Source: an uncultured euryarchaeote (GTDB taxonomy: Archaea; Thermoplasmatota; Poseidoniia; Poseidoniales; Poseidoniaceae). From it: a stretch of DNA of 64,000 nt. Position numbers and translations under genes: made by a program. Shown here piece after piece: positions 48,434-58,628 of the stretch (the stretch's first letter is position 1; each line of letters opens with the position of its first letter). Where the stretch lies: assembly GCA_937899865.1 (NCBI GenBank), contig CALBRH010000044.1, positions 64,001 through 128,000 of the forward strand. Reading direction: 5' to 3'. A model generated the notes under the pieces. The model did no database searches, had not been told where the DNA came from, and saw nothing but the letters and a program-made list of their open reading frames with translations.

Positions 48434-49393
48434 ATGAATGACATGGTGGAAAAGTCACTTAGCGCAAAAAGTGTTTCAGCAATGCCCATTATGTTAATGG
48501 GATTTATTCATGTTGTTGTGACTCCTTTACGAGATGTTTTTTCAATCGAGCCTTTGCTAATGATTCCATATTATCTGTTTGGAATTTTTCTCGGCATCAT
48601 CATATACCGCAAATCAAGCACTGTGAAGGATTTTGAATATCGGCGCTCCAAAGTGATGAAAAAAATGAAGAATGTTTATGCTGCAGAGGAAGCAGGTGTT
48701 TGGCAAACCAATGTAGAGGTTCCAAGTGAGATTAGCAACCAATCCAATTTATCAGCAGATGTTTCACAAATTTCTAACGAAGCTCCTGAATTAGAATTAT
48801 CAGATGAGGACAAGGTCGAAGTTTCGATGCTCAACGAGTCAAAAAGTGTCATTGAAGCAACAAGAAGAGTCTCGGGAGAATCAAATTTTGATGATCAAGA
48901 GATTAAGTCGACAATCGGTGCTACTCGAAAATCAAGCCCTATGGATAGAGTTCTAGATTTCATTTCTGGCATATTTAGTAAGAAATCTGCTAATATTTCA
49001 CGTGAAGAGCAACGTATTGCTGCATTAAAACGTGCATCTGAAGCCGCACCTGTAAGAGCAGAAAGACCCCAAGCACCAATACAATACGAACGTAATGAAG
49101 TTGACATTGGCCCTGATGCAAATTATGTAGATGATTTTAATGAGCAATCTGAACAAAATTCAAATTCTAAAGATGCTATACAGACTCAAGAGGCTAAGGA
49201 TTTTTCATCATTTAAACCATCAAATAATGTTGTAAAAGCAAGTCAAAGTTTAGAATCTATGGCTATGTTGCCTTCAAGTAATCCTTCAAACTTTAGTCAA
49301 CCATCACAAAATCAATCATCAGGTTGCAGAAGTTGCGGATATCCAACAAAGCCGGGAGATAGATTCTGTGATAATTGTGGTTTAGAATTATAA
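48434..49393 (+). CDS. Two-TM membrane protein with C-terminal zinc ribbon
   Basis: Two N-terminal hydrophobic segments, a long polar region, and CRSCG..FCDNCG at the C-terminus. Confidence 0.75.
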   Translation: MNDMVEKSLSAKSVSAMPIMLMGFIHVVVTPLRDVFSIEPLLMIPYYLFGIFLGIIIYRKSSTVKDFEYRRSKVMKKMKNVYAAEEAGVWQTNVEVPSEISNQSNLSADVSQISNEAPELELSDEDKVEVSMLNESKSVIEATRRVSGESNFDDQEIKSTIGATRKSSPMDRVLDFISGIFSKKSANISREEQRIAALKRASEAAPVRAERPQAPIQYERNEVDIGPDANYVDDFNEQSEQNSNSKDAIQTQEAKDFSSFKPSNNVVKASQSLESMAMLPSSNPSNFSQPSQNQSSGCRSCGYPTKPGDRFCDNCGLEL

Positions 49394-49448
49394 TTAATTC
49401 CGTGATATTGAAAGATGTTAGAGTTACAGGTTGAACAGGGGGGGTATT

Positions 49449-50567
49449 ATGGAAGATAAGCGAGACTATTACGAAGTTCTCGGTGTTGATAAATCAGCTG
49501 ACGACAAAGAGCTGAAAAATGCCTTCCGCAGTTTGGCTAGAAAGTATCATCCCGATCGTAGTACCGAAGATGACGCAGAAGATAAGTTCAAGGAGATACA
49601 AGAGGCTTATGCTGTTCTATCGGATCCAGAAAAACGGCAAATGTATGATCGCTTTGGTCATAATCAGCCAGGTGGTTCGCCATTTGGTGGCTTTGGTGGC
49701 GGCTCGTTTAATATCAACTTAGAAGATATACTGGGTGGTGATTTTTTCTCAAGTTTCTTCGGTGGCAGTTCAAGAAGGTCGAGAAATCGAGGTAATGATA
49801 TAATTGTTCGATATAGTATTAATTTGGAATCGGTATTTCAAGGAACAAGTGAAGAATTAGAGATTGAATTGCCAAATTCATGCGAGGATTGTGATGGCAC
49901 TGGTGCTGAAAATGGTGATATCATTTCATGCAGTAATTGCGGTGGCCAAGGCAGGATTCGAGCAAGGCAACAAGTTGGACCATTTGTTCAAGATGTAATT
50001 CGAGATTGTCCAACTTGTTCTGGTATTGGTCAAATTATCAAAACTAAATGTAAATCATGCAAAGGTAGTGGCCAGCAACCTAAGGAAACAAAACTTAGAT
50101 TCAATATTCCTAAAGGTGCTGAAGATGGTACTAGGTTGAGAATGCGAGGTAAGGGAGAGCCCGCACATAGAGGCCGAGGTGAAAACGGTGATTTATTCAT
50201 TGAATTAGAGGTTGAGGAACATGATTGGTTTGAAAGGTCTGGTGCAGATTTAATTATGTCATTGCCTCTAACATATACGGATTTAGCTCTAGGAACTACC
50301 ATAAAGTTGCCTCACATCGATGGAGGTGAATTAAAAATTACAGTTCCAAAAATGACTAATTCTGGTGAAACAATAGAGATTAGAGGCAAAGGCCTTCCAC
50401 GACTTAGAGGATCTAGTCGGGGTGATGTAGTGGTGTTAGTCAAATTACAAATGCCACGTAAATTAAGCAAAGAAGAACGGAAGTATCTTGAATCAACAAG
50501 AGAAGATTATACCGATGATGAATTGCAAGAAAGGATCAAGGACGACGCATCCAAGCGTCGCAAATAA
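49449..50567 (+). CDS. dnaJ: Chaperone DnaJ
   Basis: J-domain with HPD, G/F region, four CxxCxGxG repeats (CEDCDGTG, CSNCGGQG, CPTCSGIG, CKSCKGSG). ATG 49449 is the likely start. Confidence 0.97.
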   Translation: MEDKRDYYEVLGVDKSADDKELKNAFRSLARKYHPDRSTEDDAEDKFKEIQEAYAVLSDPEKRQMYDRFGHNQPGGSPFGGFGGGSFNINLEDILGGDFFSSFFGGSSRRSRNRGNDIIVRYSINLESVFQGTSEELEIELPNSCEDCDGTGAENGDIISCSNCGGQGRIRARQQVGPFVQDVIRDCPTCSGIGQIIKTKCKSCKGSGQQPKETKLRFNIPKGAEDGTRLRMRGKGEPAHRGRGENGDLFIELEVEEHDWFERSGADLIMSLPLTYTDLALGTTIKLPHIDGGELKITVPKMTNSGETIEIRGKGLPRLRGSSRGDVVVLVKLQMPRKLSKEERKYLESTREDYTDDELQERIKDDASKRRK

Positions 50568-52760
50568 TTACTCTTCTTCGTCTCTGTACAGTGTTTTTGA
50601 TGCCCTACAAGCAAATGGTTCACCATTCATTCGGCCATTTAGTTCAACATCCACAGATTTTGCAGAACCAGATAACTCAACAGAAATAAATGTCTTGTTG
50701 CCCTTATTCATTGTGTCTAAAAATATCTCATAACCACTATGCAAGAATCTTGGAGTTACTGACTCAATACTCCAAGCCTCTCCTTCAGGAGAATCAAGCC
50801 GTAATGCAGCAATTTCCCAATTTCCATCTATGATGTATACGCCAATAATTAGTGGCCAAGAATCTTGTGATTTTGCAATTCTTTCATCCAACTTCCAGCA
50901 GGCAATTGCAACATTGTCAGTCCGATAAGAGATGTCAGTATCACCCCATGTTTGGCATGCATCATCCCAATCAAGAGTGGTAACTGCTTCTAGTGATTTG
51001 GCAAGTTCCTTTCTATTTTGTTTAGGACTTATACCCTCATCTAATCTTGATTTTAACCATTCTAACCTTTGCTTCTTACTGAGCAAATTCCTTGCATAAC
51101 TCTTCTTCCTAATCTGTATCATGCTAATATATACTGCAGGAATTAAGAATAGTAGGCCTAGAAACCATCTAGCAACACCACCCCATTTTTTGGCATTTTC
51201 ATCGGGTGGAAACCATGGTTCTTCACCTTCATCAACTAATTCATATGTAGTAATGATTGTATATTTTGAAGGTTCATGATAATCACCCCAAACGGAATTG
51301 ACAGAATCATTTAGTAATGAAATTCTAAAGAAGTGCGTTCCTCTTGAAAATTCCATTGCTACACTTAACTTGTTCAATGATACAGTCTTCACTTTAGATT
51401 CTACTTCAGACCAATCATCTTGATTTTTCTCGATTAATTCGATCTCGAAGTCATTGATATCGCCATCAATTTCTATCTTGATAAAGTGTATGGAATCTTC
51501 CCATGCATCTATTTCTATTCGATAAACATCTGAAGAATCACCAATTGATTTAGTAAATTCTCCAGTAAGAGTTTGATCATTTACATCCAATAATGGCCAA
51601 GACGAATTATTCGTAGAAATCAATATTGGAGGTAGAGATGGAGCCTCAAATCCGCTATTAATATCATCATAACTTTCATGTTCTAATTGAATGTAAAAAA
51701 CATCAGCTGAAAGGGTTAATCTAACTGCATTACTCATCGGTAAAGGGAAAATTCTGTGTTGTGTATCGTGAGAAAAGTTTCCTGCTCCTGAATATAACCA
51801 TTCAGTGTTGACCAGTGAGTAGAAAGTATACTCGACATCATTAATGACTGGAGTTAAGACAGGCGCAGTAGTGTCATTTAGGTCAAAAATTATAGTTTTG
51901 GTATTATGGCCAAAAATCTCTGTTGTTTCTGACAAATCCAACATTGTAGGGTTGTCTTCAGAATGAATAATTATTCCAAGAGACCAAACTGTATTGATTG
52001 TAGCAGATGACACTTTGACAATAACTCTACCATCTTCTTCAATGTTTGAGAATAATACATTTGGAGTATCAAAGTAATTCATAACTGTGTTTGAAGATGC
52101 AACATTACCCATCTCGACTTCTGTAGTTACATTTTGAAAAAAAGCCTCAAAGGTTACATCAGAACTTGAATGTTCAAGATAAAATTCAACAGTGTCCCCT
52201 AATGTGACTTCAAAACCAATAAATTCTGCTTGTTGATTGTCAATAACTCCAGAGATTATCTTATTTTCATCATTATTTAATTCAGTTCTCGAACTAGATA
52301 GTATCGGAGAATTCACATCAATACAATGATTTGTTTCAAGACATTGAAAAGCATTGTATAACTCAAATGATTCACTTGGAGCAGGTCTTATTTGTGGGTA
52401 ATTATCATTGACATCTACAGATGCTGAGATTTCGAAAACTTCTTGCTCAGAATTTTCGATTGTTAATTTAAGTTGCCCATTTTCAGTAGCTTGGCCAAAA
52501 TAGTTAGTATGGTTGGAATCTAATTCGATATCATTAAGTGATAATATTGAGGTACATGTTATGCAATTAGTTTGAATGCTATACCAATTTCCTGAAACAA
52601 TTTCCCAAGTATAATCGTTTTCCAAAGATAATTGAATCTCTAATTTTTCGTCTAAATGACCATTATTCGTACTATTTGAAACAAGTGATTCAAATGTTAA
52701 ACAAGTTAATGAAAGAAGTAGGCAAATGATTAGAATTAACGGTCTAACCACTCCCTGCAT
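50568..52760 (-). CDS. Exported protein with beta-sandwich (PPC-like) domains, one TM near aa 535 and a cytoplasmic C-terminal domain
   Basis: Signal-like N-terminus; DSSDVYRIEID PPC-like segment; TM WFLGLLFLIPAVYISMI followed by a basic stretch. Confidence 0.7.
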   Translation of the reverse strand: MQGVVRPLILIICLLLSLTCLTFESLVSNSTNNGHLDEKLEIQLSLENDYTWEIVSGNWYSIQTNCITCTSILSLNDIELDSNHTNYFGQATENGQLKLTIENSEQEVFEISASVDVNDNYPQIRPAPSESFELYNAFQCLETNHCIDVNSPILSSSRTELNNDENKIISGVIDNQQAEFIGFEVTLGDTVEFYLEHSSSDVTFEAFFQNVTTEVEMGNVASSNTVMNYFDTPNVLFSNIEEDGRVIVKVSSATINTVWSLGIIIHSEDNPTMLDLSETTEIFGHNTKTIIFDLNDTTAPVLTPVINDVEYTFYSLVNTEWLYSGAGNFSHDTQHRIFPLPMSNAVRLTLSADVFYIQLEHESYDDINSGFEAPSLPPILISTNNSSWPLLDVNDQTLTGEFTKSIGDSSDVYRIEIDAWEDSIHFIKIEIDGDINDFEIELIEKNQDDWSEVESKVKTVSLNKLSVAMEFSRGTHFFRISLLNDSVNSVWGDYHEPSKYTIITTYELVDEGEEPWFPPDENAKKWGGVARWFLGLLFLIPAVYISMIQIRKKSYARNLLSKKQRLEWLKSRLDEGISPKQNRKELAKSLEAVTTLDWDDACQTWGDTDISYRTDNVAIACWKLDERIAKSQDSWPLIIGVYIIDGNWEIAALRLDSPEGEAWSIESVTPRFLHSGYEIFLDTMNKGNKTFISVELSGSAKSVDVELNGRMNGEPFACRASKTLYRDEEE

Positions 52761-52839
52761 GTTACGGCGTCGGGTTTGTCATGTTTGAAGTTAGGGTTTA
52801 GAAGGAATTATTCTTGTACGAATAACATTAGCATCATCT

Positions 52840-54615
52840 ATGGCGAATGAATTGGGCAGGAAGGTTATTCATCGCTATTTATATGCCAGAAGTTGGGCAT
52901 TAGGGGATAGGAAATCTCCCTTGGCATCAACTCCTTGCATGATTAAATTAAACGGTGATTGTGATTTGAGCGAACAATTAGCACCATTTAGTGCAATTAC
53001 TGATAATGAAATACCGCAAACCTTGACAATCAATGCCAATTTACCTCTTTCCCCACCTAACTTCGACAATAATTCACCAGTTTTCTCTACTAAAATCGGG
53101 CATGTACTGCCTCCTTCATTGGACGAAGCAGATGCTGGAGAATCTGCAGGCCAAGGTGGATTGTTACCGGTATCTTGGCAACGATTAAATCACGATTCCA
53201 CATTGATGAATTTAGATACTGAACCGAGTATAATTGTCTTAGTCGATGCGGTACAACTTGCAACTCAACAGAGGAAGTTAGTTGATGCTTTGTGTGTGAT
53301 AAAGAATCGATTTCCAGGTTCGTTAATCTGGACTCCTGGGTTAGGCGGTCCGGATAATGTAGCAGTGTTAACATGGTTTGGCGTAGATATCTTTGATTTG
53401 TCCAGATCTCGACAATGTGCAGCATCTAATATCTTACTCACAGGCTTGGGTCCACGTGAGTTAGCAGAAAACGCGTCAGAAAGTGCAGAAATAGAATCAC
53501 AAGTCGTACAATGGCAATTGGCAATAAATGAGGTTAAGTCAAGATTGGCAAATGGGACACTGAGAACTCTTGTAGAACAGCAATCACTTAACAGTCCAAG
53601 TCTTGTCGAGCATTTAAGATACCACGATAAGATTGTAAGAGGCAATCCTAACGTTGGAATTTCACATGTGTCAAAGGAAACAATTCTTCATTGTAATTCT
53701 CACGCTTCATTAAGTAATCCTATAGTTACGAAATGGGTTGATTTCATGGTCAATAAATATCAGGTGCCGGAAAATCTTGACAATATTTTGATTTTGCTGC
53801 CATGTTCTGCGAGAAAACCATATCGTATGTCAAAATCTCACAGAAAATTTCTCGATGCAATCGGAAATAGTGCTTTCCATGAAGTGATGGTTACTTCACC
53901 TTTAGGATTAGTTCCAAGAGATTTAGAAGAAGTTTGGCCAGCTTCACATTATGATATTCCAGTTACCGGTGAGTGGAGCCTTGATGAGATAGATAGAACT
54001 CAAAAAATGTTAGAATCATTAATCAATAAGCATCATTATCATACAGTAATCAATCATTCATCAATGTCATTTGATCTTGAAGGTGTTGATTATTATGAAA
54101 CTCGAAAAGGACTTGCTGCGACTTCAAGAGAAGCGCTAAGTCAACTTAGAGAAACTGTTTCAGAGGTGTCTAAAAATCATCAATTTAGAAACAGAAAACA
54201 TCACAAGATTTTGCTAGATAATTTCAACAGTATTGCGAGATATAAGATGGAAAATCATTCTTGGTTAAGAAATGTTAGTGTCCGTGGCAAACCACCATTC
54301 TGGAGAATTGAATTGGAAGGAAAACAAATCGCTTTGTGGTCAAATGATAGAAGAGGGTTTTCTCTTGCTAAATCATCTATTCCAATATTGTTAGAAAACT
54401 CTTCACTTAAGAAAATACATCTAAAGGAGGATGTTTCATGGAAAGGAGATATATTTTCCAATATAGTTGAAAGTTTTGATGCTGGAATAAATTCTGGTGA
54501 TGACTTGCTAGTAATGCAAAATTCACAAGCAATAGGTCTGGCAAGAGCAACTGCATCAGGATGGGAATGGTCAACAACACCAGGTATGATTGCTAAAGGC
54601 CATCAGCGCTTGTAG
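52840..54615 (+). CDS. arcS: Archaeosine synthase subunit alpha (TGT-like, DUF5591 and PUA domains)
   Basis: GVDIFD, LLPCSARKPYRMSKSH, VTSPLGLVPRDLE, YDIPVTGEW; C-terminal PUA-like domain. Confidence 0.88.
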   Translation: MANELGRKVIHRYLYARSWALGDRKSPLASTPCMIKLNGDCDLSEQLAPFSAITDNEIPQTLTINANLPLSPPNFDNNSPVFSTKIGHVLPPSLDEADAGESAGQGGLLPVSWQRLNHDSTLMNLDTEPSIIVLVDAVQLATQQRKLVDALCVIKNRFPGSLIWTPGLGGPDNVAVLTWFGVDIFDLSRSRQCAASNILLTGLGPRELAENASESAEIESQVVQWQLAINEVKSRLANGTLRTLVEQQSLNSPSLVEHLRYHDKIVRGNPNVGISHVSKETILHCNSHASLSNPIVTKWVDFMVNKYQVPENLDNILILLPCSARKPYRMSKSHRKFLDAIGNSAFHEVMVTSPLGLVPRDLEEVWPASHYDIPVTGEWSLDEIDRTQKMLESLINKHHYHTVINHSSMSFDLEGVDYYETRKGLAATSREALSQLRETVSEVSKNHQFRNRKHHKILLDNFNSIARYKMENHSWLRNVSVRGKPPFWRIELEGKQIALWSNDRRGFSLAKSSIPILLENSSLKKIHLKEDVSWKGDIFSNIVESFDAGINSGDDLLVMQNSQAIGLARATASGWEWSTTPGMIAKGHQRL

Positions 54616-54692
54616 CATCGTTTTAACTAATGGCTAATATGCGGAGTGGTTAATAATGAGAGGCAAGTCGCAAGGATGCTTGAGTGGTTATC

Positions 54693-55151
54693 ATGGCACG
54701 TATGTACAAATCAAGAAGAGGTAAGAGTGGTTCTTCAAAACCATATGTAACAGAAGCCCCTGAATGGTCTAATACCAATTCTGACGAGGTTACTAATCTT
54801 GTTGTTGAATTAGGTAAAGCAGGCCATTCAACTGCTGTAATTGGTACTATAATGAGAGACCAACATGCAGTTCCAGATGTAAGATTGGTCACTGGTAAGA
54901 GAATCGGTGCTATACTTGCAGAAAATGACATTGGTGGTAGTTATCCTGAAGATATGATGAATCTAATGAGACAAGCGGCCAGAATCATCGAGCATTTGGG
55001 AAGTGGCAATCACAAAGATCTTCACAACAAAAGGTCATTAGAGATTACCGAAGCTAAAATTCGAAAACTTGCAAGTTACTATATCTCAGAAGGTAAACTT
55101 CCTTCGGAGTGGAGATATAAGAGAGACGAGTTACGACTAATGGTCGAGTGA
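54693..55151 (+). CDS. rps15: 30S ribosomal protein S15 (uS15, archaeal type)
   Basis: MARMYKSRRGKSGSSKP, IGTIMRDQHAVPDV, PEDMMNL, KDLHNKRSLEITEAKIRKLASYY. Confidence 0.96.
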   Translation: MARMYKSRRGKSGSSKPYVTEAPEWSNTNSDEVTNLVVELGKAGHSTAVIGTIMRDQHAVPDVRLVTGKRIGAILAENDIGGSYPEDMMNLMRQAARIIEHLGSGNHKDLHNKRSLEITEAKIRKLASYYISEGKLPSEWRYKRDELRLMVE

Positions 55152-55200
55152 TTGATATAACATATAGAAAAACAACTACCAAGCGGGTTGTTTGATAAGT

Positions 55201-56100
55201 ATGGATGACATCATCGAAACTGAGTTATTTCGGGATGTAAAAGAGCGTATTTTGAAGATTGTTGAATCTATCAAAAATGCAGATAACGTGGCAATTTTTG
55301 CTACTGCAGACTTGGACAGCATTGTTTCTTTAGCGTTTTTAGAATCCGCTATGGTTGACGCAAAAATACCATACAGTAGAAAAATCTTGAAATCGACTCA
55401 AAATCAACCAAAAGGTGAAGAATACAATTTTGCTTCCTCATCATCTGTTGTGGTTAGTGTAGAACAGTTTGAAGATACTTGGACTCATAATGAAATTGAT
55501 GATAAAGGACGTCTTAGGATAGTTCCACTTGCTGTATCCGTTTCACATCCTAATTCAGAAAAACAGCATCAAGGGGCTCTTGATGTTGTTGTGCAGTGTG
55601 CTGCAATAGCATCAATGATTGCACCTAATGGTAATAGAGTTAGACGTTTACGTTCATTAGCAGGTAGTGGGCAATGGCTACGTAATTCCTTAGACAATTC
55701 ATATGACCCTGTCTACACAAAAATACGTGATATTTTACAAAATGAAGGGTCAATTAGAATCTTACCACTTCCAGAGTTAGAATCACCAATTACAGAAATG
55801 ATACCTGATTTTCCTGATTCCTTACTTCGGAGGCTTACTAAAAAGTGGCCCAAAATGGATTTTGAACAAAGGAGACAAGCAATGAGTGAACTTGCTCTAC
55901 CTACGCTAACTAATCAAAAAATTTCAACACCAAGATTAGAAGAATTAATCTGGTTTAGAATAATTATTGGTGACAATGTAAAAGATTTACATAGTCAAAT
56001 ACATCTTGCAAAATCACGATGGCCAACCGATGAAGGTGACTGTAAATCACATTCAGCAACAGTTCTAAAGTCCTTGATTTCTAACGGCGAGCTAATTTAA
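55201..56100 (+). CDS. Degenerate RecJ/DHH-like protein (catalytic motifs apparently lost)
   Basis: Sits directly after rps15, where archaea usually encode a RecJ-like DHH protein. VAIFATADLDSIVSLAFLESAM aligns with motif I (V.SHxDADG..S), but no DHH tripeptide is present. Confidence 0.55.
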   Translation: MDDIIETELFRDVKERILKIVESIKNADNVAIFATADLDSIVSLAFLESAMVDAKIPYSRKILKSTQNQPKGEEYNFASSSSVVVSVEQFEDTWTHNEIDDKGRLRIVPLAVSVSHPNSEKQHQGALDVVVQCAAIASMIAPNGNRVRRLRSLAGSGQWLRNSLDNSYDPVYTKIRDILQNEGSIRILPLPELESPITEMIPDFPDSLLRRLTKKWPKMDFEQRRQAMSELALPTLTNQKISTPRLEELIWFRIIIGDNVKDLHSQIHLAKSRWPTDEGDCKSHSATVLKSLISNGELI

Positions 56101-56143
56101 TTGGAGTCGATGAATTCAAACCATATGGCTACCTCGGCGGTCT

Positions 56144-56494
56144 ATGGCCATAGAGCGATTACTAACTGGTAGTATCAAAGACCAAATCAAGGATCTTATG
56201 TCGACAGAAGATTTGGTAATTGAAGCATTTAGAGACTTAGTAAAAGATGAACTTAAGTTGCATATTCGAAATAAGGTTGATTCAGACCCAGAATTGAAAG
56301 AGGAAATAAAAGAAGCAGTATCTTATTATTTTCAATCAAAAGCGCGTTCCATTTATGCAGAGCTGAAAGCAACTAGAGCGGCTACAAGACTTGGTTTGCG
56401 ATTGCTTCCTGATGATTTACAGGGTGAAGTTGGAGAAGCGTTGGTTTCATTATTTGAAAAAGAACTTGGAACTTTGCTTGAAAAGGCACTTTGA
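56144..56494 (+). CDS. Hypothetical helical protein (116 aa)
   Basis: Clean ORF with TTCAAA about 28 nt upstream; amphipathic helices. Confidence 0.75.
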   Translation: MAIERLLTGSIKDQIKDLMSTEDLVIEAFRDLVKDELKLHIRNKVDSDPELKEEIKEAVSYYFQSKARSIYAELKATRAATRLGLRLLPDDLQGEVGEALVSLFEKELGTLLEKAL

Positions 56495-56516
56495 CGATTA
56501 AATTATTCATTATAAT

Positions 56517-58628
56517 TTGACATTTTTACTCACATACAATAGAGTAAATTATGAGGTTGGAGTTTTTGGTCGGTTTGTGTTGGGCAAATTCTCGGGGCGT
56601 ATAGCACAAATCGCTCTTGTTTTGATGATGATTTCAATTCCTTTTTCATCAGGGATAATAAATAGTGTTGAAGCCGAATCAACAGTTGTTTGTTGTGATG
56701 ATGCTCATTCTGTCGATTTGTATCTAATTGGAGGCTCAACTGGTGAGTTGTCACCATTTTCTCAGTTACTAGAAGATGAGGCAAGTAATGCAGTAATTGC
56801 AAACTCGATAACATCACAAGAAACAGTCGGTGTTTGGAGCCTAGGTCGTGTTTGGCCAGGTTCAATTCCTGAGTCAAACTGGGATTTCGTCATGAATTAT
56901 CGTGTCAGTGATGCAGGAGGCGCTCAGATTAATGCTACTGCAACTATTAAGATCGGTTCACAAGTGTTTTCTGATTCAACAAATTTGGAATCCTCTGTTT
57001 TAGCTCAAGGCGAAGGTCAAATTGAATTCTCAATACCAGTAGAGGAGATGTCTGTTTCAGCATCTAGTGAAATTGAACTTGAGCTAAGCGCTCGTTCGGT
57101 GGTTTTTAGTGTTCCTGGCGGAGATGCAGAGTTGGAATTTTTATGGGGTTCTGAAGACTTTGCTTCTAGTGTTAGCGCTGAGATTCCACTGATGGAATTA
57201 TCTATCGATGAACCTCAAATTGAAGGTGGTGACATCTATCTTTCAGCAATAATAGATTCACCGTTTGGATTAGATGCATTGGCCTATTCTGATTCGATAG
57301 AAATGTTAGTTGATGGTCTAAAAGTTGATGGTGACCCAATTGAAACCAAGCGTGGAGATTCAATTGTCGTAACATGGACTTGGGTTGATGCAATGACTGG
57401 CACAAATAATGTTCAAGTTTCAGTTAAATTAAATCTTCAAACTGATGGCCCATTAATCCAAGGTTCTACTCAGTTTACCATTGAAGTCACTGATACTGGA
57501 GGAGGAACTGGAACATTCTATCCTGATGATGAACCACTAAGAACTAGTGGGGTTGGTAGTCCATTGTCAATAGAACAACTAATTGATTTATCCAGTGACG
57601 ATGGTAATCTTAAATTGGCAAAAACAACAATGTTAGAGATTGATGGCGAGATGGCATTTTGGATGAGATGGGGAATGGATCACATCGGTGACAATGATTT
57701 GTCTACTAATTCAGTTCTGTTTGGATGGGATGCTGGCGGAGTTGCAGAAGAAGATCGTGAAAGTCGAAATATCGAAAATGTTGAGAAAGAGCAGTTTGAA
57801 AGGGAAATGAAAACAAGATTTCGTACATACATGAGTGATATCAACGGAATGCAGTTACTTAGCAAAGAATTGATTGGCGATTCGAGTGACTTTGATACAA
57901 TTTCAGTTTCTGTAGATTTGATGGGTGAGTCGCGTGTAGTAAACCATCCTTTGATACTAACCTTTTCAACTCTACAAACGCTACAAAGCGGTGAACAATT
58001 TGAATTATTGAGAAGTTTTATTAAAACTCAAACAACTCCAATTTGGCAAGATTATTCAATTTCGGTAGAAGCAAAATCGTCAGTACTAACATCATTTGGT
58101 GATTCAGATTTATTAGAATCTAATGACCTTTCTTTTTCACATTCAAGATATCCTTGGGGCGAGGTTATTAAATTAGAATCATCTTCAACAAGTTTGGATG
58201 AAGATTTTACAATTATTGTCTACCCCAATGACAACCTTTTGTTTAGCCCAATGCCATTAACAATAATTACATTGATTATTGTACTATTTGGTTTCTTTAG
58301 TTCAATGTCAATTACTCGTAATAAGCATAGAAGATTCTTGATGCTTGAATTAATACTGATGCCAGTGGTAGCATTGATTTACATTTTCTCTTATCCTACA
58401 ATTTTTGTGTTAGGTTCATCCGGTGGTGCCTCATTATTGTGGATAATTACTGCATTTGTAAGTCCAAAGCGTTTGCAAATAGTGGAACAAAGCGAACCTG
58501 AAGAACTGGTTGATGTGCCAACAATAACTTGTCCTTCTTGTCAAACCGCAATTCCAGTACTAAGTGATGAAAGGCCACTAAAAGTAGCCTGTGCTGGTTG
58601 TGGAAAAACCATCAAAATTGTTGGATAA
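56517..58628 (+). CDS. Membrane protein: large extracellular domain, 3 C-terminal TMs and a cytoplasmic zinc ribbon
   Basis: Signal-like IAQIALVLMMISIPFS (true start probably near GTG 56577); TMs near the C-terminus; CPSC..CAGC. Confidence 0.78.
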   Translation: MTFLLTYNRVNYEVGVFGRFVLGKFSGRIAQIALVLMMISIPFSSGIINSVEAESTVVCCDDAHSVDLYLIGGSTGELSPFSQLLEDEASNAVIANSITSQETVGVWSLGRVWPGSIPESNWDFVMNYRVSDAGGAQINATATIKIGSQVFSDSTNLESSVLAQGEGQIEFSIPVEEMSVSASSEIELELSARSVVFSVPGGDAELEFLWGSEDFASSVSAEIPLMELSIDEPQIEGGDIYLSAIIDSPFGLDALAYSDSIEMLVDGLKVDGDPIETKRGDSIVVTWTWVDAMTGTNNVQVSVKLNLQTDGPLIQGSTQFTIEVTDTGGGTGTFYPDDEPLRTSGVGSPLSIEQLIDLSSDDGNLKLAKTTMLEIDGEMAFWMRWGMDHIGDNDLSTNSVLFGWDAGGVAEEDRESRNIENVEKEQFEREMKTRFRTYMSDINGMQLLSKELIGDSSDFDTISVSVDLMGESRVVNHPLILTFSTLQTLQSGEQFELLRSFIKTQTTPIWQDYSISVEAKSSVLTSFGDSDLLESNDLSFSHSRYPWGEVIKLESSSTSLDEDFTIIVYPNDNLLFSPMPLTIITLIIVLFGFFSSMSITRNKHRRFLMLELILMPVVALIYIFSYPTIFVLGSSGGASLLWIITAFVSPKRLQIVEQSEPEELVDVPTITCPSCQTAIPVLSDERPLKVACAGCGKTIKIVG

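Noticed and set aside
49449-50567. dnaJ without adjacent dnaK/grpE
   Set aside because: Separation from dnaK is common and not informative within one window.
7081-56576. Upstream TTG/GTG starts chosen by the ORF track (7081, 14177, 25179, 44478, 49431, 54684, 55192)
   Set aside because: Downstream starts fit SD motifs, signal peptides or family N-termini better, so those were used in the feature list.
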